64,000 nucleotides of DNA, taken from assembly GCA_964016885.1 (NCBI GenBank), contig OZ024742.1, forward strand, positions 117,738,001 through 117,802,000, written 5' to 3'. Below the pieces are notes generated by a model. That model searched no databases. It was not told where the DNA came from and was given only the letters and a program-made list of their open reading frames with translations. Below, in pieces: positions 27,198 through 39,609 of this stretch (position 1 is the stretch's first letter; each line of letters begins with the position of its first letter). The translations under genes and the position numbers were made by a program. The stretch is from Eledone cirrhosa. Lineage: Eukaryota.

Positions 27198-29699
27198 AAT
27201 TCATTGTTTCGTGCTTACCTTGGGGATTTTGAATATGTAAGCATATTTGGTTCTCAACTGCAAGGAGCAGATAACCCAACATGTAAGAATCGTCAAACAT
27301 TCTTCCTTCCAGACATTCGATCTTTTGCTCTGATTACTCTGGAAATGATTTTGTCAGTATGTGACAAATTAGTTCAAACGGCAGAAAATAATCAACACCA
27401 TATAAAGACAATGGAATCTAATTCACAAAGTAGATCTGAGGTAATGTTGAACAAACCAAACTCAACTCACTGGCAGCCATTAGTTAAACCTGGAAATAAA
27501 ACAGTCATAAAGAATAAAATTGGTTTTTTTCCAACAGCAAGTGAAGAAAGTTTAAATCAAAACTGGAGTGAAATGAATCCCAACTCGTTAGATAAAAGTA
27601 AATTTCCTCAAGCTCAGTCAAAAATAAAAATAATTTCTGTAGCCCCAGCTAACACAGCTACTGTTCCATCAGACCATCCTAAAAAAATTTTACGGCATTC
27701 TTCTTTTTCAACTGAGAATGAAGATTCCATTAGTAGTAACATTTCTATGCTTGGAGAAGCTGAGAAAGACAGTGTGAGTGAACTCAGTCCAAATGAATTT
27801 AATGACTTTATTTCACCGTATGAAGATAGCAGACATGATAATTTCTTTTCAGAAAATAAGTTTATTCATCGGAAAACATCTGTAGATTCTGATCCTTATA
27901 ATTACCACTGGAGCTTCTTTACAAATAAGCATGAAAATATGAGCTTCGTTTCCGATGAACAACATCCTAACAGTTTTTCTGAGGTGAATAATTTAAACAC
28001 ACCAGTAAATAGTAGAGATGAACATTCAGGTCATGAAACAGCAGCTTTTCATGAGGGAACTCAGAGTCATGTGGGAAAAGAAGTTAATAATATGACTGAA
28101 CAAGATTATGTTTTAGATGAAAACTACTTGAGTAAAGTCCAGAGAAAAAATAAAGCAAGAATGAATTTACAGGAAACACTGACTTCACGAGGAATGGCTT
28201 TTAATCATATTTTACCCCCAAAACAAATTAAAGACCCTTTTAAAAAAAGAAAACAATTTAATGATACACTGTCTCAGAAACCATCTCTAATTGAATCTTC
28301 CAATAAAACCATTCTTTCCTATCCTAATAGCTATTGTAAACCATATAATAGTAAATTCAATAATGACTTTAGGAAAACTACAAACAATTATCAATTCAAC
28401 AATTTTTGCAGTTATCAAACTAGCAACAGTTCTGTTCTAGAATCATCTCAGAATTCTTCTAGTGATTACACCAAAGATATATCTTGTCTTTCTTCAGCAA
28501 CAAAAGCTTTAACTCAAAAAATTCTCAGTGAAGAAAATACATTATTCCGAAGGAGTCATTCAATTGAAGATATACACAGAAAAATTATTGACAGTGGTTT
28601 TGAAACAGAATCTACTCCTTCCAACAGTTCCAACCAAATTATATGCCACTACAACCTTGAAAAACATCAATGTTTGGGGAATTGCTTTAATGCAGAAGAG
28701 AAATTCTCACAAAGTTCGGATGATTATTTATATGTATCTGACAACAATTTCAGCATGCAGAAAAATACATGTTCAGTATCCAAACTAGAAAATAACATAC
28801 ACAGTCCTCCTTCACATCAGAACAGTTTTATTTATCCGAAGTATATAAATGGTAATAGTTGTTCAAGAAATGATGAAAGAGTTGAGGTATCTTCTTACAA
28901 AGCCTATGACAACAAGATAGTTAATCAAACTGAACTTCCATCAATGAAATCTGAATTACAAAATAACAACATAGCTTCAAAACGATATAGAGAACTTAAA
29001 TGGAGAGGTATGCCATTGAAAATATCAATTGTGCCATCGGATACTTCTTCCAATTTTAACCAATTCTCAAAACATTCTCCCAGTGTATCAGTGTGTTCAA
29101 AAGTCACTACACCAGAGATGGAATCAAAAACATTTTTTTTTCCTCAACAAAAGACGAAGAAGGAGAATTATGATCAAACATGTAATGAAAGAAAAAATAG
29201 TTCTAGTTTATATAAACAATCGATTGATGGTAGTCCAGTATTTACAACTAAAGTAATTGGTAGCCCCTGTCCTCCTACACCAACAACTATTATTCCTAAC
29301 TCACTATTTATGACATCAGAAAAACCTGTACTTGAATCTCGTATCAGTTGTAATGACATACCAGAAATTGGTGGGAATTGGAAGATCGGCTCAGAAAAGA
29401 ACAATATACACAACCAAGACACTTTCTCAGCTCCCAGTCGGCAATTGAGTAGACTTAACAGTGCAACTTTATCTCACTGCTCCTCTTTATCTAACCTCAG
29501 TTTACCTGGGAAAACCATTCAAAGTAAATATAAACTTTTACCTGGAGTAAATGAACATCATCTGGGTTATTGTATTGATTTAGTAGAAAAACAGCCCTTT
29601 CTCTCTATGGACGACTTACTACCTGCTTCACAAAGTGCATTTATTCATCTTAAAGATAAGCTCAGTGCAACATGTGAACTAACAAATGCAACCAAACAG
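27198..29699 (+). CDS. Coding exon 4 of the 7TM-pseudokinase gene (subdomains VII and IX, then a long S/N-rich insert)
   Basis: Acceptor ATTTCAG at 27197, phase 0. A 2502-nt open frame with AYLGDFEY (DFG position) and PDIRSFALITLEMI (subdomain IX). Donor CAG|GTAAGA at 29699, phase 0. Confidence 0.9.
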
Positions 29700-30567
29700 G
29701 TAAGACATTTTTTTAATCTTACAATTTCTTAGCATTTATCCCACTTTGTAGAGATTCCACCACTTGTTATACTGATGAAACTGAGATATTAATTCAATTG
29801 ATACATCATTCCGTCTGAGATTGGAAGCCTTCACCATTAGCTGAGTCACCAAAACACATTTCTCACAGTGGAATAGAACTCAGAATGCAAAGAGCCAGAA
29901 CAGGTACATCAAGACATCTCATTTGATACCCTAATAATTCTATTTCAACCACCATAAACAGCTCCTTTATCTATTGACTCCTAAGAGATGAAAAGTAAAT
30001 TTGACCATGGAAGAATTTGAACTCAGAACACAGAAAGCCAGAACAAATACTGCTAGGTATTCTAGTGACTACCTTGTGAATCTTACAGCTAATTTACATG
30101 AATTCAAAGTAAAGGTTGGGTAGTGGTGGTATTGGTAATACATATATCAGTGGTAATGTTGGTGGTAATATGGTGATACCAGCAGCATTAAAGGAGTTGT
30201 TGTTTGTAATGGTGGTGGTGGTGAGTTGTTTAGTCCCATGTCAGGCCTAATCAAAGGCAGACTTGTGGTTAAAGGATCTCCAACCTTGACCATACAGTCT
30301 TTCCTCAGGCACATAATTCAATATGTCTTTTTTCCAGGATGGTAAGGTATGAATTAAGAGAGATTTGGCTCCTCAAATTTCTTGTGTTCTTGACAGTTGG
30401 AGAAATAGTTGAGATAGTAATGGTGATAGTGGTGGTGGTAGTGGTCATTTTCTTCTTCACACTTAATATCTTTGATAGTATATTGATGTATTCTACATTT
30501 GATTGTGTTGTATTATAGATATGTTGATATATTTTGCATTTTATTTGTGTTGTTATCTTTTTTGCAG

Positions 30568-30669
30568 TTAATGGATATAGTGGTATCATGTTGGTATACT
30601 GACCCACCACAATCAGCAGCCAAACTATGTGAACAACTGAAGGATCCAGTTATGGAAACAGCTGTTTAA
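30568..30669 (+). CDS. Terminal coding exon 5 of the 7TM-pseudokinase gene (subdomain XI plus C-terminal ETAV)
   Basis: Strong acceptor TCTTTTTTGCAG at 30567, phase 0. Encodes LMDIVVSCWYTDPPQSAAKLCEQLKDPVMETAV-stop, matching the kinase LxxxCWxxDP motif. Too short to appear in the ORF track. Confidence 0.82.
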   Translation, partial: LMDIVVSCWYTDPPQSAAKLCEQLKDPVMETAV

Positions 30670-30770
30670 TAATCACACCTATTTAATATTATTCATATTG
30701 ATATTGATATGGATATTTCCTCCTCACTCTCTGAAAGAAGATCGATACATTTCAAAGGTCTTTGCAGCAT

Positions 30771-30776
30771 AATAAA
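30771..30776 (+). terminator. Candidate polyadenylation signal
   Basis: AATAAA about 100 nt after the stop codon. The context is AT-rich, so this is weak evidence. Confidence 0.35.
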
Positions 30777-31559
30777 TAGTCCTTGTAGTGGGCCTTATGA
30801 AATATTGTTCATCATAAATCAGATTAAAATAGTGTATGTAGTCAGTGATGAAAGTTGGTGAGAAGTATGCAGGTGGATAGCATTCTCCTACTTTTCAGTT
30901 TTCAGAGTTGGCGGTGGGTATAGAATCTCCCCCACCTCTTCGTAACTTCAGTCACATAGTCCATAGCATACCCCTAGTTCCTAAAACTGATTTCCATCCC
31001 TGCAGTACAATAGAGTACAACATATGACACTAAGCTAATCATAAAAAATATAAATGTCGAATGTATGTTAACCTAAAATTAACAACTTCAATGTAGATTT
31101 TTTACTACAAAAAATAATCGAATAAGTTGGGCGTATAAGCCCTAAGAGACAGGAAAGGGTAGATAGCATTGCCTGTTAATTTCAAACTAGCTTACACTCA
31201 AAATTCACATTTCACTCAATGCTCCTTAAAAATCTGATAGCTAATTTACATCCTGGAAAATTTGCCAGCCCACTTTGGTGGAATCAGTAATGCAGCCATC
31301 CAGCATATGACCAGTTGAATTCAGGTCCCACAGGCAATGCTGTCCACTTTTCCCATCTCTAGGAGCTTATATGCCCAGCTTACTTGACTATTTTTCATAG
31401 TTAAAATCTTGCATTGAAGCAACTAAGTTAACATACATTTTAAATTAATAATTCACTCCATAAAATATCTTAGAATCAGATCCAAAAATTATGTTACAAA
31501 ATTTGACTAAAACACTATTATATTTGCATAATTATGGCATTGGATCCATGCATAAGTTA

Positions 31560-31840
31560 AACTATTCTTCTTTTTTTCTTCTTCACCCATTTATTCCTGA
31601 AAGGGTCGTTGGAGCAGAGTCCTCAAACACTCCTTCCAGTGGGTTCTGTCAGAAGTAACTATTTCCAATTAATCTGGCTGGATCCCCAAGCGTGACCAGC
31701 CAAGCTCATGGATGTTATTCAACCATCTTGCTTGGGTCTACGCCTGGGTCTCCTACTGGCTGGTTTTGCCCATAAAAATCTGTCCAGTGATTCTTTCCTG
31801 AGACATTCTAAACATATGCCCATAGTATTGGAGCTGTAAG
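31560..31840 (-). mobile_element. Degenerate RTE-like LINE 3' fragment
   Basis: The minus strand encodes LQYYGHMFRMSQERI...RWLNNIHELGWSRLGI, resembling the RTE C-terminal motif. Confidence 0.6.
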
Positions 31841-32451
31841 TTAAACTCAAGTTTCTATAGATTTTATGAATTAAAGATTACAGACGGTTTTGAGAATTTA
31901 TTTTACATTACAATTTGATTGATGTATTTCTCTAGTTGTTTTCAGGTGCCATATTATATCAATTCATTGCCTTAATAATTACATCATGAACTTTAACATT
32001 TTTCATCTAATACATCGTCTCATAGTCTACAACTTAGTCATCATACACTTGAATATCACTGTTGCAATTTTCTATGGATTACCCACACAAATATCCATTA
32101 CATTAAATATCAAATTATTACATTCAAATTTTTCTTTAAAATGTCGAAAAATATTCATGTGTACCTGGTGGGAGAAAAAGAAGCTTATCCATAGACAGAA
32201 GACCTGTCTCAATTGCTAAAGTGTAGATCACTTATGCAACAATATAAATCTACTACCCAAGAACAGTTTTCAGGTCAACTTCCCTGCTAAAGAAGCCTGG
32301 CAGACCTCTTGACATTTTCCCCTACTATCTGCATCTCCACTCACTGACTCCAAGGCTTTTATTTCCTCTTCTATCATTTTTGGTCATGTGTTTTTTGTTC
32401 TACTTTCTTCCCCATTCACTTCCTCTCTTCTCCTTTATTTCACCTGCTGTT

Positions 32452-32517
<66 letters not shown>

Positions 32518-34387
32518 ACTACCACTCTGCCTCTCTTTTACCCCCCCCCTCTCTTACATCATCTTCTATTGTATTTTTAATGGGCTTCCACACAGTTTAT
32601 GTCAACTACATTTCAGTCCAAAAGCTTTTGTTTGTCAACCAAAGACTATGATAAAAGACAAGTATGGTAAAAGATCAAGATGCTGCTTGGTGGAATTGAA
32701 CCCTAGATGACATAGTTGTGAAGCAAACATCTTAACTGGACTGTGCCTTATGGAATAAAAGGTTCAACAGGACATGTAGTGATAACCATGATAAAACATA
32801 TAGAAGGGATTCTAAATGTAATTGGTTTTCAGAATCTAGAAATGATAAACTAAATAACTACACATTATAAATGTATATGTGTGTGTGTTTATGTATTTGT
32901 GAGTGAATGGATGTATGTATATATGTGTATGCATGTGTATGTATGAATGTATGTCTGTGTGTGTAGATCAGTCAGTACTCATGGGGTCCAACACAATCCT
33001 TTGCTCTACAGAATGTGTTTTATTAAAGCACCAACACTAGGAAAGTTTCCATGGTCTTGACACAACTAAAGGGTCCTCCTGATCTTTTGTTTGGCAGATT
33101 TTCTGTGACTGGATGCTCTTCCTATAACAACCAACTTCTTTACAGAGAGTATTGAGTGAATTTATTGTGTAGCTCACCAACACTAGAAAGGTTGTTGTGC
33201 CTTTGACACAACTGGAGAATCCTCACAACCCTTTTTGGCATGGTTTCTACAGCTTGATGCCCTTCCTGTCTGTCTCCAGCCACATTTTCGTGGCACCAGC
33301 ATTAGAGAGATTGTCAGTTATTTACTCAACTAAAGAGCCCTCTCTACTCAAGGAGGGAAACGGTAGGGCAGGCTAAGTAGAGGGATTTTGAGTATGGTGT
33401 CATGGGTATATAATAAGTGTGGTGAGGTAGTGGTAATTAATAGAGTAAGGAGTAGAAAGGGATGGCAGGATCATCAAATACTGTGGGAAGTATTGTGATA
33501 ATATCAGCTAGTAATGGGTTATGACTGGTATATTAGGATTTCAGTGAAGTGATCCTGGCCAGAGAGTGAGTGTTAATGTTTAAGAAGAGTGGGGAGGTGA
33601 TCCTAGAGGTAGCGTCATGGTGGAGTGTACAGTGACACTCAACCAATTCTGCCAATCCACACAATAGTGGCAATGAAGTACCTAATGATTCAATACTGGC
33701 AGCAACATACTAGATTCAGTTTGAATTGAAAATGAAAATTAAAACAGTTACTGAAAAGCAGATGATATGTTTCCTCTTTCAATGTGGTGTTGATGTGTGG
33801 TAAAACAAATGTGGTTATGATTTTTCCAAAGAATGTTGAAGAATGTTCGTTTAACTTTACTATGAAGTTGCTAGATTATATGAGAATAAAGAGTAACATA
33901 TCGGTGAGAAAACTGTCAGGTCTTGTGTTGGTTATTTGTTTGCAACATGAGTTTGCTTTGAGCACCATTGAGAAGATACTATTTCAACTGAACTATCCAC
34001 TGTAATCTAAATATAAAATACAAGAATTGTGGAACATGTCTAGCATTTGGGAAAGCGTGCTATCGATGTGAAAGAAAGGGTGATTTTAAAGCTTTTTTTG
34101 TTTGACCAGCAATGTTAACTTCATTAAATTTGGCGCATCATAAAACACATGTAAACTTGTTAAGAGATGTAACAGAAACAATTATGATGGCAAATTCATT
34201 AATTTTGGAGTTGATACTTGTAGGGCTTTAACTACCTTTGAGTGGTTTGAATTTGTTCATGTAGTCGTTAAATGTCATGGTGTAAACAATGCACATATAC
34301 TTGTTTTGTTGTTTTTGGTTGATACACTTTATGAATTTAGATTAATTTAAGTTGAGCAAAAAGTCAAAAGATTCTATTTATTTATAC

Positions 34388-35295
34388 CAGTGATTTCCCA
34401 ACTTTTTTGTGACAAACGATCTCCCTAAAACATTTGTATACTTACTACTGCCCCTTAACTTTTATTCTAATACAATAAAACTAGGGACTATAATTAAAAG
34501 TAGGCTTAACATTTTACATATAAATATTAATACGATTAAAATACGAATAATGAATATAGTAAACATTGTTTATTAATTGTTAAATAACATTTTCCTATCT
34601 TTGGCCGAATTGTCAAAAAAGATTTTTGATCAAATTTTTGAAAAACTAAAATTTTGATTAAATTTTCTAAAAATGTGTTTGGAAAAATTTTTGTCTAAAT
34701 TTACGATAAAAATATCTGACAAAATTTTTGAAAATTTTGAAATTCTCAAACCAAATATTTTAATTAAATTTTCAATAAATAACATTTCAAAAACTTTTCA
34801 AAAGCGTCTTGAAAAATGTAGAAAATTCTCAAATAATATTTTAAATTTCGAAAAAAACATTTAAAAAGAATGTTTCCGCAACATGACTTGGCCAGAAAAA
34901 TATTTGGGCAATTTTTTTTTTTTTTTTAATTTAAAAAATTCTCCTAAATACATTTCATTAATTTTTCTAAAAAAAAAACATCTTTGGCAAGATTTTTAGT
35001 CAAATTTTCGAAAACCAATTATTGTAAAAATTTTCGGAAGGTTTTTCAAAATATTGCAATTATCGAAATAAAAATTAAAAAAAAAAAAATTAAAATTAAT
35101 TAAATTTTCTAAAAAAAAACGTCTTTGGCAAAATGTTTTGCCAAATATTTGAAATTTTTTTTAAATACTCGAAAAAAAATTTTACGCCAAATTTTCCAGA
35201 TTTCGCCAAATTTATCTATCTTTTGATTAAATTTTTCAGGAAACGTTTTTTTTTTAAATTTTTGCATAGTTTTTTGCAAAATGTTCAATAAACGA
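34388..35295. repeat. hAT-like left end followed by degenerate A/T-rich short tandem repeats
   Basis: CAGTGATTTCCCAAC resembles a Charlie TIR. 34600-35290 consists of A-run/T-run repeats. I found no matching right TIR. Confidence 0.4.
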
Positions 35296-35382
35296 GCCAT
35301 CCATCTATCTACCTATCTGTCTGACTAACTCTCTGTTTGTCTGTCTGCCTGTCTGTCTATCTACTTATCTATCTATCTATAT

Positions 35383-35430
35383 TTGACCCCTTCTTTTGTG
35401 CCCCTGTGGCTAATAAAGAAATATATCTAT
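35383..35430 (+). mobile_element. Tx1 3' tail fragment in (TATC)n
   Basis: CCCCTTCTTTTGTGCCCCTGTGGCTAATAAAGAAATATATCTATC, the same tail as at 46733. Confidence 0.75.
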
Positions 35431-36117
35431 CTATCTATCTGCCTGTCTTTCTGTATGTCTGTCTGTCTATAGATAGATATGTGGGCCAGTAGTTGAAACT
35501 ACCAAAGTCCACCTCAATGGCCGATGACCATGGAGTTCTGTGTCCGTTTGTATTCTTATTTTTTTAAATAATTTTTTTAAGGTTTCCCTTAACAAAATGT
35601 TTTTCGTTCGTTGTCTCGTACTCTCTTTTTTTATTTTTCTTCAGTTTATTAATACTAAAACAATGGACGTTTTATCTGTTCTTCCCCCATTTATTGCAAT
35701 GGCTTGCGCATTTTTAACACGATATCTTACTTTCTTCATCTTGCTTTTATTCTTCCTTTCTTTTTTTCTTTCTTTTATTCATGACTCTCGTGCTATAAGA
35801 GGCCACACACTTTTTCCATGGCGTCACATAAAATTCTATGTGTACTTGTTGGAGCTTAATTGCTATAAATCAATGTGTTGTTTCACATCTCTTACTCCAC
35901 TGGACAGTGTCTGGCTTGTGTCAGACGCTGCGACTCCGAGTAGACCAGCAGTACTTTGGTAGGGGTCGAAACTGCCAAAGTCCTCAACGGCCGATGACCC
36001 CGAAGTTATGTCCTTCGTTTGTATTTTTATTTAAAAAAAACAATTTTTTCAGCTTCTCCCTCCCCATTGCTTTTTGTTCGTTGTCTTGTCTTCTCTTATT
36101 TTTCTTACGCTTATTAG

Positions 36118-36192
36118 ATAGATATGTTTCTTTATTAGCCACAGGGGCACAAAAGAAGGGGACAAATACAAAGGGGGAAGTTTACATACAAT
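36118..36192 (-). mobile_element. Tx1 3' tail fragment
   Basis: Nearly identical to 46733-46806. Confidence 0.75.
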
Positions 36193-36769
36193 AATATTAT
36201 TTATACTCCCAGGGTTAACCCACATCCAAATTGTAAGTTGAACTTTTTATTCTGTTCGAGTTTATTAATTATTTGCAATTTTTGTCTTTGCTTTCTACTT
36301 GAAAGCCCAGGTCGAGTGTTTCTTGGCGTACTTTTTTCTTTGTTCATTTTGAAAAATGTGTCAACGTGATCTTCGAGACAATGGCTGCCTGATACCTTCG
36401 CATCACTATCACATGACACTGAGTGTGAAGATTACTACTGTAATGGCGATCTCATACCAAGATAGGCAGGCACCAACTTGTTCCGAAGATGCTAATTTTC
36501 CTCGCTGATGAGGTTGCCCTTAGCCAGAATTACGTAAGGCTTAATAGTATTACTTAATTTTCTGTGAACCCCAGCTCCGTATGGACTGTCGACAGTAGAT
36601 AGAGTAGTGGAAACTAATTAATTAGTCCAGGAAGAGGGAATCTAATTCTCTACCCACACGATTTAACGTATTAGTGTGCACTCTGTTTTCATTTGGGTTG
36701 ATATCTTAAATATACTAGCTTAATTTAAACATCGAGTGACTTTGTTTCAGTATTATATATATATATAGT

Positions 36770-37470
36770 AATAATAATAAATTTGAAGACTAAAATCCAA
36801 AGAGGGCTCGATAAGGATAAATATATATCAAATATATAAGAACCGTAGAGCAAATATTTATTAAAATAACAGATTAAAGTTTAAGCAAAGAATCGCTGCT
36901 TTCACTCTTAACGGGATCTTCTGAAACTAACAAAGTCAATCTGTAAACGCAGAAGTGGATATTTCAAAAAACGTTGCAACCGGAGGTAGACAGGAAGACG
37001 ATACTTTGGTTCGTGGAGACGTTCCCTGGCAAAGAACGGGAAAAAACGAATATAATACGTCATTAATAGGAGCGGTGAAAAACAATTACACGCAAAGACA
37101 GAACCACGTTTATGGTATAAAAGAAGTCGTAGACTAATGTTCTCTTAGGTGGTTCATAGAGACGTTCTCTGGCAATGAATGGTAAAAACGAAGATAATAC
37201 GTCATATATGGAGCGTAGAGAACAATTGCACGCAAAGACAAAACCACGTAAATGGTATAGCTGAAGTCGTAGACTAAAATACTAACTAGGAAACCGAATG
37301 ATTCTCCACTTCAGAGTTAAGAATAAAGTAAATAAAATACAATACAGAGGTAATTGAAATTAAAACAACAACAGACGTTTTCGAATTCTTTACCTTATAC
37401 TTTCACCTGTGTAGGACATCTCGCTTTTTTCTTTTGTCTTTTTTTAGTAAAAAAAAACCCACATTTTCTT
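36770..37470. repeat. Unclassified (TA)n-flanked repeat with an internal ~140-bp tandem duplication
   Basis: About 37008-37137 is repeated at about 37150-37277. (TA)n lies on both sides. Confidence 0.55.
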
Positions 37471-37629
37471 ATATATATATATTTTCTTATATATATATAT
37501 ATATATGAGAAAAACGTGCTGCGGCGTTGCTAATGGGTTACATATGAATAAAGTTAGTCCTTCATCAGTGATCTTCCAACCATCATTGGTATTTCATCGC
37601 TTTAAAGACCATATACCTCTGGTTGGTGC

Positions 37630-37692
<63 letters not shown>

Positions 37693-37733
37693 CGAAACAT
37701 AAGTCAATTGCATGAACTCATAATCATTTATTT

Positions 37734-37789
37734 ACTGCTATATATATTTCGATGATAGCCATTGAATGGCTATGACCTCATCAGGCAGT
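37734..37789 (-). ncRNA. Minimal type I hammerhead ribozyme, canonical core
   Basis: Minus strand: ACTGC-CTGATGA-GGTCATAGCCAT(TCA)ATGGCTATCATC-GAAA-TATATA-TA-GCAGT. Stem I is 5 bp, stem II is long and stem III is palindromic, with an AUA cleavage triplet. It sits in a ~165-bp insert between (TA)n tracts. Confidence 0.85.
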
Positions 37790-37852
37790 TAGTCAGTTCT
37801 TAGATATGCCAGCTCTGTGTGCATAGTGTTGATGGTATCAGAGCCTTGGGAC

Positions 37853-37894
<42 letters not shown>

Positions 37895-38055
37895 TTAGTT
37901 ATACTATCTATGGTTATGTAAATACAAAACCTTATGCAGTTATAAGTATTTTACATACACCCTAAATAGTGGTAGGCAGTAATATATTACTACCTTATTA
38001 CCAGTAAGTTAAGTAGCTCAATGTAAAAACATCAGATGATTTACAGAGCAGTTAT

Positions 38056-39014
<959 letters not shown>

Positions 39015-39609
39015 GAGAGAGACAGAGAGAGAGATGCATAGATAGATAGATTTCTTTATTTGCCACATGGGCGTACAAAAATGGGACGTTACAAGACGCG
39101 ACGGCGGGGGTTTTACATAGACAGGTAAGTAGGTAGAGAGACAGATTAATTGCTTGACTGGTTGATGGCTGGTGATTGATAGATAATTAGATAGAAAGAT
39201 AGAGAGAGAGGAGAGAGATATAAAGAGAGTGGAGAGCTAGAGAGAATGAGTGAGAAACAGAGACAGACATTTGATAGATGGGCAGATAGTTAGATTGAAA
39301 GAGAAAGAGGGAGAGATTAAGAGAAAGTGAGAGGCAGAGAGCGCGAGAGACAGCGATACATAGATTGAACAATAGCCGGGGAAATAACTCATATTTAAAA
39401 ATAAATTTTTCTAAGGGGAGGGAACTCAGGGGTTAAATTTTCTAATCAAAACCTATTGAGGTGATAATTCATATATATAGATAAATGGATTGGCGATTAC
39501 ATAGATTGGTAGATAAATACATAAATATATTGAGAGGGAGACAGATAGAAAGATAGTAAGGTAGGGGGACAGATTGATAGAGAGATAGATGGAAAGATAG
39601 ATAAATAGA

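Noticed and set aside
29700-29732. End of the 842-aa ORF as the true C-terminus
   Set aside because: A consensus donor at 29700 and an in-phase exon at 30568 that completes the kinase fold explain the sequence better.
33784-34005. Possible further exon of the receptor gene
   Set aside because: It lies after the stop in exon 5 and has no recognisable motif or convincing splice sites.
36201-36470. Possible THAP-domain remnant (DAKVSGSHCLED)
   Set aside because: Only a faint resemblance to VCSxHF, with key residues missing and no supporting transposase.
36890-36930. Minus-strand CAGAAGA...GAAAGCAGC hammerhead-like motif
   Set aside because: The core is mutated, stem II is mismatched and there is no valid cleavage triplet or stem I. 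At best it is a decayed relic.
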